From positions 1,406,260-1,470,259 of the forward strand of contig JBAYIU010000001.1 of NCBI GenBank assembly GCA_041665465.1: a stretch of 64,000 bases of DNA, given 5' to 3'. The first letter of the stretch is position 1; every line of letters starts with the position of its first letter. This document shows positions 1 through 14,000 of this stretch, in pieces. The notes beneath the pieces were generated by a model. The model had not been told where the DNA came from. It worked only from the letters and a program-made list of their open reading frames with translations, and did no database searches. A program made the translations under genes and the position numbers. Source of the DNA: Candidatus Woesearchaeota archaeon. GTDB lineage: Archaea; Nanobdellota; Nanobdellia; Woesearchaeales; GW2011-AR9.

Positions 1-495
1 CATGGGTTAGATCGAGTGGAAGAATTGCATCGGATTGAAATGCTTTTTGTCGGAACCAAGGAACAAGTCATAGATTATTGGCAGAAGATTAGGGAAGCGG
101 TCATCAAATTATACGACCAAACTTTAGAAATGGAAATGCGTGTGGCTCGAGTGACTCCATGGTGGATGGCTCATGCCGGGATCAGAACAGATCAAGGAAC
201 AGCAGAAGTTGGAACTTTTGATTTTGATGTTTATCTTCCTTATCGTGGAAATCGTGAACAAGAATGGTTAGAAGTCGGCAACGTCAGTTCTAATGGAGAT
301 AAATATCCTCTTGCTTGGAACGTCAAAGACAAAGCTCAGCAGATTTTATGGAGCGGATGTGCAGGTAGTTCTTTCGAAAGAATGCTCGTTTCTTTCTTAG
401 CTCAGAAAGGTATCGATCCGAAAAACTGGCCTAAAGAAGTCAGAGAAAGATTCGAGCAGAAGATAAAGGGAGTTAAGCCACTTATTTTCTACTAA
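1..495 (+). CDS. serS: Methanogen-type (type 2) seryl-tRNA synthetase, C-terminal part (5' end lies outside the window)
   Basis: Frame 1 is open from base 1 (HGLDRVEELHRIE...). The motifs RVTPWWMA, YLPYRG, EWLEVGNVSSNGDKYP and LWSGCAG...ER...FLAQKGIDPKNWP match the Methanosarcina-type SerRS C-terminus. Confidence 0.88.
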   Translation, partial: HGLDRVEELHRIEMLFVGTKEQVIDYWQKIREAVIKLYDQTLEMEMRVARVTPWWMAHAGIRTDQGTAEVGTFDFDVYLPYRGNREQEWLEVGNVSSNGDKYPLAWNVKDKAQQILWSGCAGSSFERMLVSFLAQKGIDPKNWPKEVRERFEQKIKGVKPLIFY

Positions 496-508
496 ATTCT
501 TCTTTTTT

Positions 509-564
509 AGTTATACCTACATTTTCACGAAAAAGCATAAATTTACGGATTTGTAGGTATAACT
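509..564. repeat. 13-bp perfect inverted repeat between the two SerRS genes
   Basis: AGTTATACCTACA (509-521) and TGTAGGTATAACT (552-564), separated by 30 nt. Confidence 0.8.
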
Positions 565-631
565 TTATCTCGTTTAAACCTTATTCTTCACAATAAAATT
601 TAAGAACTTGGATTAAATCTTTCCCTATAAC

Positions 632-1909
632 ATGCTAGATATCAAATTAATCCGGACCACTCCTGAAGTGGTAAGAAAAGACTTACAGAAGCGTAAAGAT
701 GAAGCTAAACTGGACGTCTTAGAACAAACTATCGCTTATGATAAAGAATGGCTCAAAGCTAAGAAAGAGATTGACGACTTAAGAGCTAAACGTAATACTC
801 TCAGTAAAGAGATTTCTGAAACCAAGAAGAAGAATGGTGATGTTTCTAATTTATTAAGAGAGGCAGCAGATATTCCTAAACATATCTCTTTGAAAGAGGA
901 AAGAATAACTTTCTTAGAAGCAGAAATCAAAAAGAATCTGTATAACTTGCCTAATATCTTACATGAGTCCGTTCCTTATGGAGAAGATGATACTCAGAAT
1001 ACTACTGTTAAGCTCTTCGGTAAGAAACCAGAATTTAAGTTTACTTTGAAGAGTCATGCTGACTTGATTGTAGAATTAGGGATGGCAGATTTAGAACGAG
1101 CAGCTAAAATTTCTGGAGCTAGATTCTGGATTCTTAAAGATGAAGGAGCATTGTTAGACTTAGCACTTCAACGATACGCAGTAGATTTCATGATGAAGAA
1201 AGGATATCACTTAATCCTTCCTCCTTACATGATTAAACGTGAACCGTACGAAGGAGTAACTTCTATGGGTGATTTTGCTGACGTCCTTTACAAGATTGAA
1301 GGAGAAGATGAATATCTGATTGCTACTTCTGAACATCCTCTTACTAGTATGTGGATGAACGAAGTGTTAGATGAAAAAGAGTTGCCCATAAAATTGATTG
1401 GCATTTCTCCCTGTTTTAGAAAAGAAGCTGGTGCTCATGGTAAAGATATGAAAGGAATCTTTCGAGGACATCAGTTCCATAAAATTGAACAGATTATTTT
1501 GTGTAAACCTGAAGATTCATGGAAATACCATGAGGAAATGATCCAAAATTCTATTGAATTGTTTGAATCTTTTGATCTGCACTTTAGACAGATTAACATC
1601 TGTACCGGGGATATCGGGATTGTAGCAGCTAAGAAGTATGATCTAGAAGCTTGGATGCCGGTCCAGAACGCTTTCCGAGAAGTAGTCTCTTGTTCAAATT
1701 GTACTGATTATCAATCTCGAAGACTAGACATCCGTTATCGAACACCTGAAGGAAATAAGTTAGTGCACACCTTAAACAGCACGGTAGTAGCTACTTCTCG
1801 AGCCATTGTGGCTTTAGTAGAAAATTTCCAAACCGAGAAAGGAACTATTAAGATTCCTAAAGTGCTTCAACCATACATGAACGGGTTGAAAGAGATTAAG
1901 AAAAGATAA
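632..1909 (+). CDS. serS: Seryl-tRNA synthetase, bacterial/standard type
   Basis: MLDIKLIR start, N-terminal coiled coil, LIATSEHPL, FRKEAG...GIFRGHQFHKIEQ, EVVSCSNCTDYQSRRL, HTLNST. Confidence 0.97.
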   Translation: MLDIKLIRTTPEVVRKDLQKRKDEAKLDVLEQTIAYDKEWLKAKKEIDDLRAKRNTLSKEISETKKKNGDVSNLLREAADIPKHISLKEERITFLEAEIKKNLYNLPNILHESVPYGEDDTQNTTVKLFGKKPEFKFTLKSHADLIVELGMADLERAAKISGARFWILKDEGALLDLALQRYAVDFMMKKGYHLILPPYMIKREPYEGVTSMGDFADVLYKIEGEDEYLIATSEHPLTSMWMNEVLDEKELPIKLIGISPCFRKEAGAHGKDMKGIFRGHQFHKIEQIILCKPEDSWKYHEEMIQNSIELFESFDLHFRQINICTGDIGIVAAKKYDLEAWMPVQNAFREVVSCSNCTDYQSRRLDIRYRTPEGNKLVHTLNSTVVATSRAIVALVENFQTEKGTIKIPKVLQPYMNGLKEIKKR

Positions 1910-2081
1910 TTTGTTTTGGATTTTATTATTCTTTTTTAGTTCTAGTTTATTTTCTTTTAACTTTTCACTAGTTTCTCTCGTTAATCCTATTAGAACTTTG
2001 CTCTATAAAAGAGAAACGTTTAAAAAGGCCAGAACTTTCTTTTTGATTAAATAATCGGTAATTGAAAAGAGGCAGGTGTAG

Positions 2082-5000
2082 ATGAAGAAAAAGAAGAAGG
2101 TGGTTCGTAAAGTTCATTCTAAGGTACGTTCTAAAGTTGGTACTCAACCCTCTTCTCCTTTCTTAAGTGTTGGTTTACGTGGACTTGCTACTTTATTGGT
2201 AATTTTTGGGATACTTTTTTCATTACAACTTTACTCTTCAGAATCTTCCCTCCTTAAAGAAGGATGGACCTCTTTAAGTCAAGGATTTAATGGTATGGGG
2301 AACCTTCTTACCGGAGCAGCAGTTGGGGTAGAAGAGATGCAAGTCCAAGCGGGAGATTGTGCTGGAGCTTACACTGGCGGAAATTGGACTATTAATTCTT
2401 CTGTTAGTTGTAGTAATGATGTGATTAGTGTAGATGGTTTTGTGATAATTAGAAATGATTCTATCTCTCCTGAATTAGTGGTAAATAATTTCTCTTTAAC
2501 CACTACTGGGGTTTATGACTTAAGAGGTAATTCTACAAATATTGTTCTAGCTGTTCCAGATTTAGATTCATCTACTCCTTCTGCTTATACTAACGATTGG
2601 GATGCTAATTCTGGAAGAGAATTCCGTATTGCTATGAATGAATCCCAGAATAGAATAATGGTTTATGTTAACAATACTGACAACAGTAGTTTCCTTTATG
2701 AATTTGACTTAGATGATAACCCTAGCACCGGCGGGATTGTGGGTGCGGGGGATGATTTTGGGATAGGATATATTGGCGATTTTGGTGGGCCATTAATTGG
2801 ATGTTATAACTCTTCAGATCCGCAAAATAACCTAATTCTCTTATCTTGTGATAATAGTCCTCTTACCTGTGGAAATGTTGATGGCTACGATGGTACTTTC
2901 ATGGGCAACTTTACTGTTTATTGTAACAATTCCGGAAATGCATATGAAGTTGTGATTGATCTGACTAATGCTAGTGATGGGATATGGGAGACTAAACCTG
3001 TTTATGCTTTAGATCCGACAGATCAATCTTCTCCTTTTTATTACACTACTTTCCGGAATAACTCGGTTCTTGATTCGGGGATAAATGCTAGTGGTAATCT
3101 TGTCTTAAATAACGTTACTTTGAATCTTGAAAATAACTTTACTATCTCTGGAGGTAATCTTGATATCCAAAAATCAAATCTTACCTTTAGGCTTACTTCT
3201 AACGGAAGTGCTAATTTTATGATTAGTTCTGGAACTGCTTTTGCTAATATTAATCACAGTGCTTTTACTTCAAATAATTCTATCCTGAGATGGAAAGCGA
3301 GGATCACTGATGGAGATTACAATCTTACCAATAATGTTTTCTCATATGTGGGTTATGATAATGGAGATGGTATTGGTTATAATTACGAAGTTGGTTTTTA
3401 TTTTGCTTCTCCCTTGGGCGGATTAGTCTATAATAATACTTTCTCTAATTGCGGAACCATCGCGGAAGCTAGTTGTGTTTCTTTAGTTGATGGCGACGGG
3501 AATAGTAGAAATACTGGACTAAATTTCAGTTCCAACACCATTTTTAGTGAATCTGCGGGTCTTGGAACCTTTTATCTGTCTGATTATAGTAATACTTCTT
3601 ATACTAGTGGAGTTTTCATAGGGAATAATACTTTTTATGGTAGATTCTCAGTAGGTGGAAGAAACCACATTATCTCTGGGAACTATATAAATAAATCTCT
3701 CTGGTTATCTTCTGTTGAATATAATAATACTTTCATTAATAACGAAGTTAGAACGGAATTGGGGTTTGCTTCAATTAATGAGCAGAATACCTCTTATGGA
3801 TCTAGTATCATAATCTATTCCAATGGATATGGTAAGATGACCTGGAGCGGTAAAGATAACATTCAGATGGGTTTAGTCAGTGTAGATGAAACCTTTGGAT
3901 TAGGAAATTATTTCTATGTAGGGAACAATCTATTGGGTTTAAATGTTGGGAACGGTGCGGGAATAGATTTCTCTGTACTTAACACCACTGCTTCCTTAGA
4001 ATTTTATAGTTTGCTCTGGAATAATAGTGTCCAGTTATGTGTTAATAATAGTGGAACTTTATCTGGGTGTGTAGATTGTAATTCCGGGAATAATTGTACT
4101 TATAGTAATATTACTGGGATTATGTTAGCTAATGTTACTCATTTCAGTAATTATAGTACTAACGGAAGTATTAGTGTAGCAGAATCTCCTGCAGTGACTT
4201 ATCTAACTAACTTCACAGATACCTTTACCGGAACTACAATAAATGCATCAAGATATACTATTACTCAAAGTGGATTAAACGTTTCTCAGAGTGATAAGAT
4301 TATATTTAATGGTTCATATGAGGGTGCAACCTTTTTCACAAATTCATTTGTTGATACAAATCAATCATTTGTTATATCCATTAATGTAGCTAAATTTGAT
4401 CAGACAGAATATGTTGGTATTTTGGAGGACATTGGGCCTTTGGGTGGTGCTCCGGATGACAATGAAGTTGGAATTAGTATTGAAAATGACACCACTCGAA
4501 TTTTAATGTGTAAATTATTAAAAAATGATACTGGATACTTCATAGAAGCTAACGGTTTTACTCATCCCGCAGAAACAATGCAGGTAAACTATACTGAAGG
4601 CCAACTATTTAGCTTGAACTATTCTAATATTGATGGAAGGTATAGTTGTAATTATGCTGGTGAGATGGTTAGCAACACTAATAGTTCTGCTGCAGGGGCA
4701 GATTTTATTACTTTCGATGCTGAAGCAATTTCTCAAATGAATTTACAATTAGATGATTTAAACTTTTATTATGGGACATTAGTGGAAGAAGCTCCTGGAT
4801 CTTCTTATTGTGGTGGTGCTTACACTGGCGGAAATTGGAATATTAACTCTTCCATCAGTTGCAGTAATGAAGCGATTACTGTTAATGGGACTTTGACTGT
4901 TGCTGACAATTCTGTCTCTGCAAATGATGTGACTAACAATTTCACTTCTAATTCTGCTGCTAATTATAACCTTAGGGATAATTCTACAAATATTGTTCTA

Positions 5001-8000
5001 GCTGTTCCAGATTTAGATTCATCTACTCCTTCTGCTTATACTAACGATTGGGACAGTAATTCTAGTCATGAGTTCCGTATTGCGATGAATGAAACTCAGA
5101 ACCGATTAATCATTTTTACTAATAACACTAACAATCTTGATTTTGCTTATTCCCTTAATTTAGATGAGGGTCTTAGTGGAGGAGTCTTTGGTCCTGAATA
5201 TGGAGATGATTTCTTGGTGGGATACTCTGGTGGGCCTGCGATTGGATGTTATAACTCTAGTCTTTTAGACCTCAATGTCTTACCTTGTGATAGTAGTCCA
5301 GTTACTTGTGGAAATGTTTCTGGGTATGATAGTAATTACGATGGTAACTTTACTGTTTATTGTAACAATTCTGGGAATGCTTACGAGATAGTAATCGATC
5401 TAGCCAATACCGGAAACGGATTGTGGAAGAATAAACCCGTTTATGCTCTTGACTTAAACACCAGTGCTTTTTATTATACCACTTTCAGGAACAGTTCCAT
5501 TCTCCCGGTGGTTGCAGTGGGTAATTTAACCTTAAACAATGTTACTCTCAATCTGCAGAATAATCTTACTCTAAGTGGTGGTTATCTTAACATCTATGAT
5601 TCTAATGTGACGATGATGTTGACTGCTAATAATAGTGCAAATATGGATATAAGATCTTCTAATGTGAACTTAAGTGGGACGACTTTCTCTGCTAACAATA
5701 CTAATTTTAAATATATAATAGCAATACAGAACGGAAGTTACGCCAATAATGATTTTTCAGATTTGGCATTGTGGGTTTATCCTGGAACCGGCGGGGTATT
5801 CTCAAATAATGTGGTTTCCAATTGTGGTGGGACTCCAGCGTGTATCATGGCAGCCATAGGTTATAGCAACGGATTTAATTTTACGGGAAATAACATTACT
5901 GCCACTAGTGGTACTGCTTGGGCCACTATGGTTGCGGGAAACAATTACACTTTCAGTAATAATAATATTTATGGTAGCGCTTCACTCTTTTATGGGAATG
6001 TTAGCGTAAGTAATAATTTATTTAATCGTAGTTTATCATCAACAAAGGAGTATGGAATTGATATGATTATCTTTACCAATAATATTATCTTCCCCGGTAT
6101 TAATAGCCAATTGATGGGAGATTGGAACGATACCCTTCCTGACACCTTTATCTATTCAAATAACTATGGCAAGATCACTTGGAACCTTTCTAATTATACT
6201 ACTCCTGAACCTAATCCCAGTTCTTTTGGTTTGGGATATAATTTATACTTAAATAATAACATCGTTGGGGTAAATGCACAATTATCGCTTATTAACTTTA
6301 ATACCACTGCTTCAATTGAGTTTTATGGATTGCCTTGGAATAACAGTGTACAATTATGTAACAACATTAGTGGAACTTTATCTGGGTGTGTAGATTGTAA
6401 TTCCGGGAATAATTGTACTTATAGTAATATTACTGGAATAATGCTAGCTAATGTCACTCATTTCAGCAATTATAGTACTAATGGAAGTACTGGTGTAGCA
6501 GAAGTCGGAGTTAGTTATTGTAGCGGTGCTTACACTGGTGGAAATTGGAATGTTAGTTCTTCTATCAATTGTAGTAATGAGGTTATTCCCGTGAACGGAA
6601 TTATTACTGTTCAAGATCTTTCTGAAACTGCTGTGACCCAATTTGGGGCTTCTACTGGTGGAATTTATGATTTAAGAAATAACTCTACTGGTGTTTTTGA
6701 TACGGATTTAAGTTCTTCTACTCCTTCAGCTTATACTACTGATTGGGATTCTGATTCTAATCGAGTATTTAAGATTGCTATGAATGAATCTTCAGACACG
6801 ATTCAGGTATATGGAAGTTTACCTAACGTTACTGCTTTGTATAGTTTTGATTTAGATAATAATGCTGCTACTGGTACTTCTGTCGGTGGTTCTGGATCAT
6901 CAGGGATGGATCTTACTTTTGGATATCATGCTGATGCTGGTGGAGTGTTGATGGCTTGTTACAACTCTTCTGTGCCTGGTATGTACTTAACTTGGTTTGC
7001 CGCTAGTGGAAGCATTGTTTGTGGTCAAACCATGGATGTCGGGTATGATCGTAATTATACTATCACTTTTAATTCAACTGCCTCTGGAGGAGGGAACACT
7101 TTTGAGTTTATCATTAATTCTACGGGAAGTTGGACCGATAAGAGAGTGGAATTGATGGATGGGGGTAACGCCTATTATTATTATACTAAATTCAAAACAT
7201 CTGGAGCAGTGGCCGGAGGAAGGGGGAATTTAACTCTTAACAATGTTACCTTAACCTTATCTGGAAATCTTACTATTAATGGTATATTAAACGTTAATCG
7301 TTCTTTCTTATACTTTGGAAGTAATAATACTCTTTTCACTTCAAATATCGGAGCTAGCATATTAATCAATAATTCTAATGTTACTTCTAATGGTTCTATC
7401 CGTTATGGAATACGTTCCTTAGGGTCCGACTTTACTTTAGAGAACAGCTACTTGAATGATTTGGGAGCAGTTGTTTCCTCGATGACTTATCCCTTAAAGA
7501 TGGAAGGAACAGGAGGTATGATCAAAAATCTTTCTCTTGGAGCTAACCAAAAGATGTACGGGGTTCAGATTGCTGGATCAGGAATATCTGTCCTTAATAG
7601 TACCTTTTCTGGATCTGCTAACACCATTAATTTATTAGCGGGTAGTTATAATAATATTATCCGGGGGAATAATCTTTCTACTGGGATCAGTTATCTGAAT
7701 GGTGGAAGTTCTTATAACAATCTTATCGCTGAGAATACTATTGCCGGAGTGGGGAATATCTTGATTGGTCAAACTTCTCCAGCTCATTTACCTTATAACA
7801 ACACCTATCTGAATAATAATATTCAGCAGGTTATCACTACTTATGTTGTGAACTATACCAACTATTTCATCTACAATAATTCTTATGGGCAAATAAAATG
7901 GACCAAGAATAATTTCAGTTCTTCTTTTGGAGGAAATGCAGTATTGGTGTTGGACCAGACTGTGTTTGTTAGGTCGAACTTGTTAGGAGTAACCCCCAAT

Positions 8001-11000
8001 ATGTATATGGGGAACTTCAACACTACGGCGGAATTGACTTTTAGAAATCTTCTTTGGAACAATAGTGTACAGTTATGTGAGAATGTTAGTGGAACTTTAT
8101 CTGGATGTGTGGATTGTAACTCTAGTAATAGTTGTACTTATAGTAATATTACTGGGATTATGCTAGCTAATGTTACTCACTTCAGCAATTATAGTACTAA
8201 TGGAAGTATCAGTGTGGCAGGGGGTTTGATTAATAATATCTCTGTAGTGAAATATGCGGTTAATAGTACGGTTAATTGCGATTCAAATGTAACCAGTTAT
8301 GCCCTCTTTATTATTAACGTAACCAATAACAACGCTTACAACCTTACCAACATTATTGTTAATGACACTCCCTTATGTACAAATGGGTTATCCCTTCAAC
8401 AGTCTTTGCCGATATATACTAATTTCTCCTCTTGCAATTATGCTTCTTGGACCATTGCTAATCTTGGACCGGGTGAAACTTATAATATCACTCTAAATTT
8501 TAGTGTCAGCAGTTCTGGCAATTTAACTAACACTGTGCAGGTATGGAATGCAACCAGTCAGTTAGTGAACACTACCGGTAATATCACTGTTACTGGTAGT
8601 TGTGGTGGAGAAAGTCCGGGGTCAAATTTCCTTTCCAACTTTGTAGATACTTTTGATGGAGCGACTATTAATACCAGCGTATATAATGTAACCACTGTTG
8701 GAAACATCAGTATTTCTCAGAATAATAAATTGGTGATTAACGGTTCTAGTGGATATTCATTCGCTGCAACAAATAGCTACGTGAATGTAAGTAATAACTT
8801 TAGTGTTTCAGTAAAAGTAAGTAAGTTTGATAACACTACTTATGGCATTCTAGCAGGAGATCCTTATTCTAACTTTGGTGTGTTTATCAGTAGCTTTTCT
8901 GGCTCGTCTATCTCCTCTAACTTTGTTAGATGTAACATTGCTATGAATTCAAGTGGTTATTTCTTGAATGTTCCTAACCCTGGAAATACTGTTCCTGTAT
9001 CTTATGTTGAAAATGCTACTTTAACTCTGAATTATCATGCCAACAATTATACTTGTGATTGTACTTATGGTGGACAAACTATTTCCTGTGGTAATGAGAG
9101 TCTTCCTTCTACCGACTATTCTATCCTATTGTTCGGTGGCCTCATCTCTGTATCAAATTTACAATTTGATGATCTTAATTTGACGTATAATCCCGTGGCA
9201 GCAGCAGAAACTCCTGCAGGTCCAGGATTAACCATTTATAATAATGGTTTCTTTGAGAACTTTACTTCTTTGAATTCCACATTTTATAACAACACTCTCA
9301 TGATCTTTAGTAATCCTTCTATCATTAATGGGCAGTTGATGATGAATAAAACCACTTTTGAGGGTACTGGTCAAGATTACTTCTACACTACTGTAGATAA
9401 TGTTTCAACCAATAGTTCTTGGAACATTTCTGTTTGGATAAATTTAACTAACACTACTACTAATGCACAAGGAAGTTATTTGATAGAGGCAGGAATCTTG
9501 ATTTATAATAGAACTACCTACAGTAGTTCTTTAGCCTGTGAAGTAGGATATGGTAATGGTATTGGTTTAATATTAGCAAATTATAACAATACTCACAGTT
9601 CAGCACCAACGTATACCTCGGTCTCAAGGAGTTATGGTAACTTAACTTACAGTTACAACAACGCTACTGGAATTTTTAATTGTTCTTTAGATGATGGCAC
9701 TTCTGTTGCTGGATCAACTGGTTCTTTCGGTCCGGGTATGGGTATGGGTGTTGTTTCTCAATTGTCACAAATCGGGGCAGTTGCGCCCAACGGTTCTGTA
9801 ACTGCTTACTTTGATAATTTTAATTATACTTATGCGGTAGCAGCAACTCCTGCTGTGACTTACCTATCCAACTTCACGGATGATTTTGCCGGGACTACTC
9901 TCAATACCTCGAGATACACTCTAGATGTAGGGGGAACTTTGGGAATTGCTCAAAATGAGACCGTGATTGTCAATGGAACCGACACCGGTGCAGACAGTTT
10001 TGCGGGGACTTATACTAATTTGGGGGTTAACACTTCACGTTCATTCTATGTTTCTGTAGGGGTCCTAAACCTTACTAACACCAGCGCTATTACCAGTCCG
10101 AATGGTTACGCAGACGTTAGTCTTTCCTTGACTGATGTTGGTCTTGATTTTCTGAATTTTGCTGTCTGTAAGGTTAGGGTTAAACCGACAGGAATCTATT
10201 TGGAAGATGATAATGTTCAAAGTGTGCCCATATCTGCTACCAACGGTACTTTAGTGCTTTCTTTCAACGCTTCCAACCTGAATTATACCTGTGCTTTTGC
10301 TGGAGATAGTTTAACTAGTGCCAATCTCTCTGGTTTAGGTGGAAATAATAGTTTGGATCTTGTTGCCGAAGCACTTAATACTTCTGTCTGGGCAGAGATA
10401 GATAATCTAGAATTTGCTTATGGGGTTTATTCTGCTCCCGTAGAAACTCCTGCTGTGACTTACCTTTCTAACTTCACTGATAGTTTTACTGGAGTTACTA
10501 TCAACACTAGCAGATATATCTTAGATGAAGGCGGAAACTTATCTATGGCTCAGAATGGTACTTTGGTGGTCAATGGTACTGATAGTGGTTTTGATAGTTG
10601 GGAAGGAGTGTATACTAATTTAGGAGTTAACACTTCAGATTCTTTTTACATTTCAGTTGATGTTAATCTTACTAATACTAGTGCGATTACCAATGCGAGT
10701 GGTGCCACTCGTGCTTATATCTCACTCGCTGATGTGGCAACTGAACTGGATTTTGCGATGTGTGTAATTTACATAAGTCCAGCGGAGGTTGCTTTACAGG
10801 ATGGTGAGGGCGGTGGTCATGCTATGCCTCTATCTATAACCAATGGTACGCTGGTTATGGCTTTCAACGTTTCAAGTATGAATTATAGCTGTCAGTTTGC
10901 TGGACAAAATCTAACTCATGCTAATCTCTCTAGTCCAAGTGGTAATTATAGTTTGTTCTTAGAGTCTGATGCTTTGTATACCTCGACGTGGGCAGAGATG

Positions 11001-14000
11001 GATAACTTAGAGTTTGCCTATGGAGTTTATTCTGCTCCCGTAGCAGAAACTCCTGCTGTGACTTACCTATCCAACTTCAACGATACTTTTGATGGAGCGA
11101 CTATTAATACCAGTAGGTATACTGTTATTTCTGATGGGAATACTACCCTGTCTCAGAATAATAAAGTTATCATTAATGGTACTTCCGGTAGACCCATGAT
11201 GGGGATGAATAGCGCGGTAAACATCAGTAATAATTTCAGTGTTTCAGTCAAAGTAAGTAAATTTGACAATACCACTTATAGTATTATGGGAGCAGATCCT
11301 TATTCTTCTTTTGGGTTGTATATCGGTAACTTTTCTAATTCCAGTTATGATAAAGGCTTTGTTCGATGTAAACTTGCCATGAATTCTAGTGGTTATTTCT
11401 TGAATCATCCTAATTCCGGAAACACTGTTCCTGTCTCTTATGTAGAGAATGGAACTCTTACCTTGACATATTATGCTAATAATTATTCCAATAGTTGTAA
11501 TTATGATGGGAAAAATGTTTCTGGCATTAATGAGAGTTCTTCTTCTGGAGTATATTCTATCATTATGAATGCACAACCCCTTTCTTTAATCAACTTACAA
11601 TTTGATGACCTTAATTTGACGTATAATCCTGTAGCAGCAACTCCTGCTTCTGATAACTCTCCTAATGTTACTCTAGCCAATCCTGAAAATAATTATGTCA
11701 ACGATTCTGCGTCGAGAATTAATATCACTTTTGAATGTGATGCTACTGATGATTATCAACTAGTTAATGTCTCTTTATATTTAACTAATCCTGCTAATGC
11801 TTCTTTTGCTCTGAATCAAACCACCAATGTTGGTGGCACATCTAATTCAACTAGTTGGTTAGTAGAATTAGGTAATGGAAATTATACTTGGGGTTGTCTA
11901 GCATTCGATAATGCTTCTCAGTCCAGTTTCTCTACCCTCAATCACAGTATTCTAATAAACCATACTGTCTCGATATCTGATACCACTTATCCTACTGTAA
12001 CCCTAATCTCTCCTGCAAGCAGTTCTTACACAAACGCTAACAATAGTACCTTACCTTTTGTGTTCGGATACCAAGACAGTAATGATGCTACTGCTAACTG
12101 TACCTTATACCTGAACGGAGTAGCTAGAGGGAATAACGCTAGCACTAGAAACAACACTAACACTAATCTGTATTCTAGTACTACCTTCTCTGAAGGAAGT
12201 AATTCTTGGTACGTTAACTGTACTGATGCCGCTGGAAATACTAACGGAACTTCTACTTGGACTTTCATTGCTGATACTATTAATCCAACTGCTTCAATTA
12301 ATTCCATTAATACTCAGTATAGTGGTCAATGGACCAATACTCAAACTTTAAGTATTAATGCTACTGCTAGCGATGTTAACATTAATTATTGGAACCTTTC
12401 TGTATACAACAGTAATAGTTTAATTACTTCCAATCAGACTTCTGGAAGCAACCTTAATAATCTCGTTACTCTAAGTGTTTCTGCTGATGGAAATTATACT
12501 GTGAATTTAACCGTAACGGATCAAGTTAATAATTCCAACACTTCCACTTTCAATCTTCTAGTTGATACCTTTGCTCCTACTGTTAATTTGACTACTCCTC
12601 CTACAAATGTCTTAGTGTCCTTGGCATCAATAACTTCCACTTTCAATTTCACTGATGCTAGTTCTTCTAGCGCTAATTGCACTTTGTATGTGGGGGGGAT
12701 AGTTAAAGCAACTAACTCCTCTGTACTTAATTACACTAATACTGTGCTTACTGGTAGTTCTCTCTCTGAAGGGAACAATTCTTGGTATGTTAATTGTACT
12801 GATTTAGCAAGCAATACTGGAATCTCTGAAGTAAGAGTTATTCGAGTAGACACTACCACTCCCAGTGTCAGTGGTGCTAGTGTAAACGTAAGTCGAGCTA
12901 AATCTTCTACTTTGGTTGGAATCAATGTTACTGTAACCGATACCAATTTAGCCTGGGTTAAGGCTAATGGGATAAACATGAGTGCCAGTGGAAGCGACAT
13001 GTACAATCTTAGTGCAACTGCCTCTACTTTAGGATGTAGCGAAGGTACTTGTACTATTACTATAATTGCCAATGATTCTGCTAGAAATGCTAATAGTAGC
13101 GTTACTACCAGTTATGTGGTAGATGATACTGCTCCTGCACTGTTCTCTAACTCCACTTCTATCGCTACTGGATCAGTATACAATGCTTCATCTACTTATT
13201 ACTTCAATGTTACTTGGAATGAAACCGGAACCATTTCTAGTCCCTTATTAGAATTTAACAGTGCAAATTATACTATGACTACGGTTGGAAGCGGTGTTTA
13301 TTATTATACTTTTACCGATTTAGCAACTAGTACTTATTCTTACAAATTCATTGCTATAGATGATTCTGGGAATAGTAATGAGACTGCTAGTTATACTTAC
13401 GTTGTAGCTCAGGCAACTCCCTCTATCACCGCTTTACTTAATGGTACAGCTGCTAACCTAAGTGTCGCTTATCCCAATACCGTTAATGCTTCGGGAAGTA
13501 CCGACGCTGGAACCTTAGCTATTTATCGTAACGGGACATCTGTAACTAATGGGGCTGCATCTCTTTTAACTGTTGGATCTTATAGATATGATTTTAACGT
13601 TACTGGAAATCAGAATTATACTAACGCTTCTGCTACCTTGTATGCTACTGTGACTAAAGGTACTCCTGTCCTAACTTATTACTTAAATGGAAATACCACA
13701 AACTTAAGTGTTGTTTATCCTAATACCGTTAATGCTACTGCATCAACTACTGCAGGAACCTTAACCATTTACAGAAATGAAACTAATGTTACTAGTGAGA
13801 ATGGTGCAGCAACTTCTTTAGCTGTTGGATATTATCAATATGATTTCAATATAAGTGGTGGAGAGAATTATACTGATACTTCTACTACTTTGTATGCTAA
13901 TGTAACAATTGGAACTCCAACCTTGTCCCTGTACTTAAACGGAGCAGAAAACAATATGTCTGTAAACTACGGAACTAAAGTAAATGTTACTGGAACAGGT

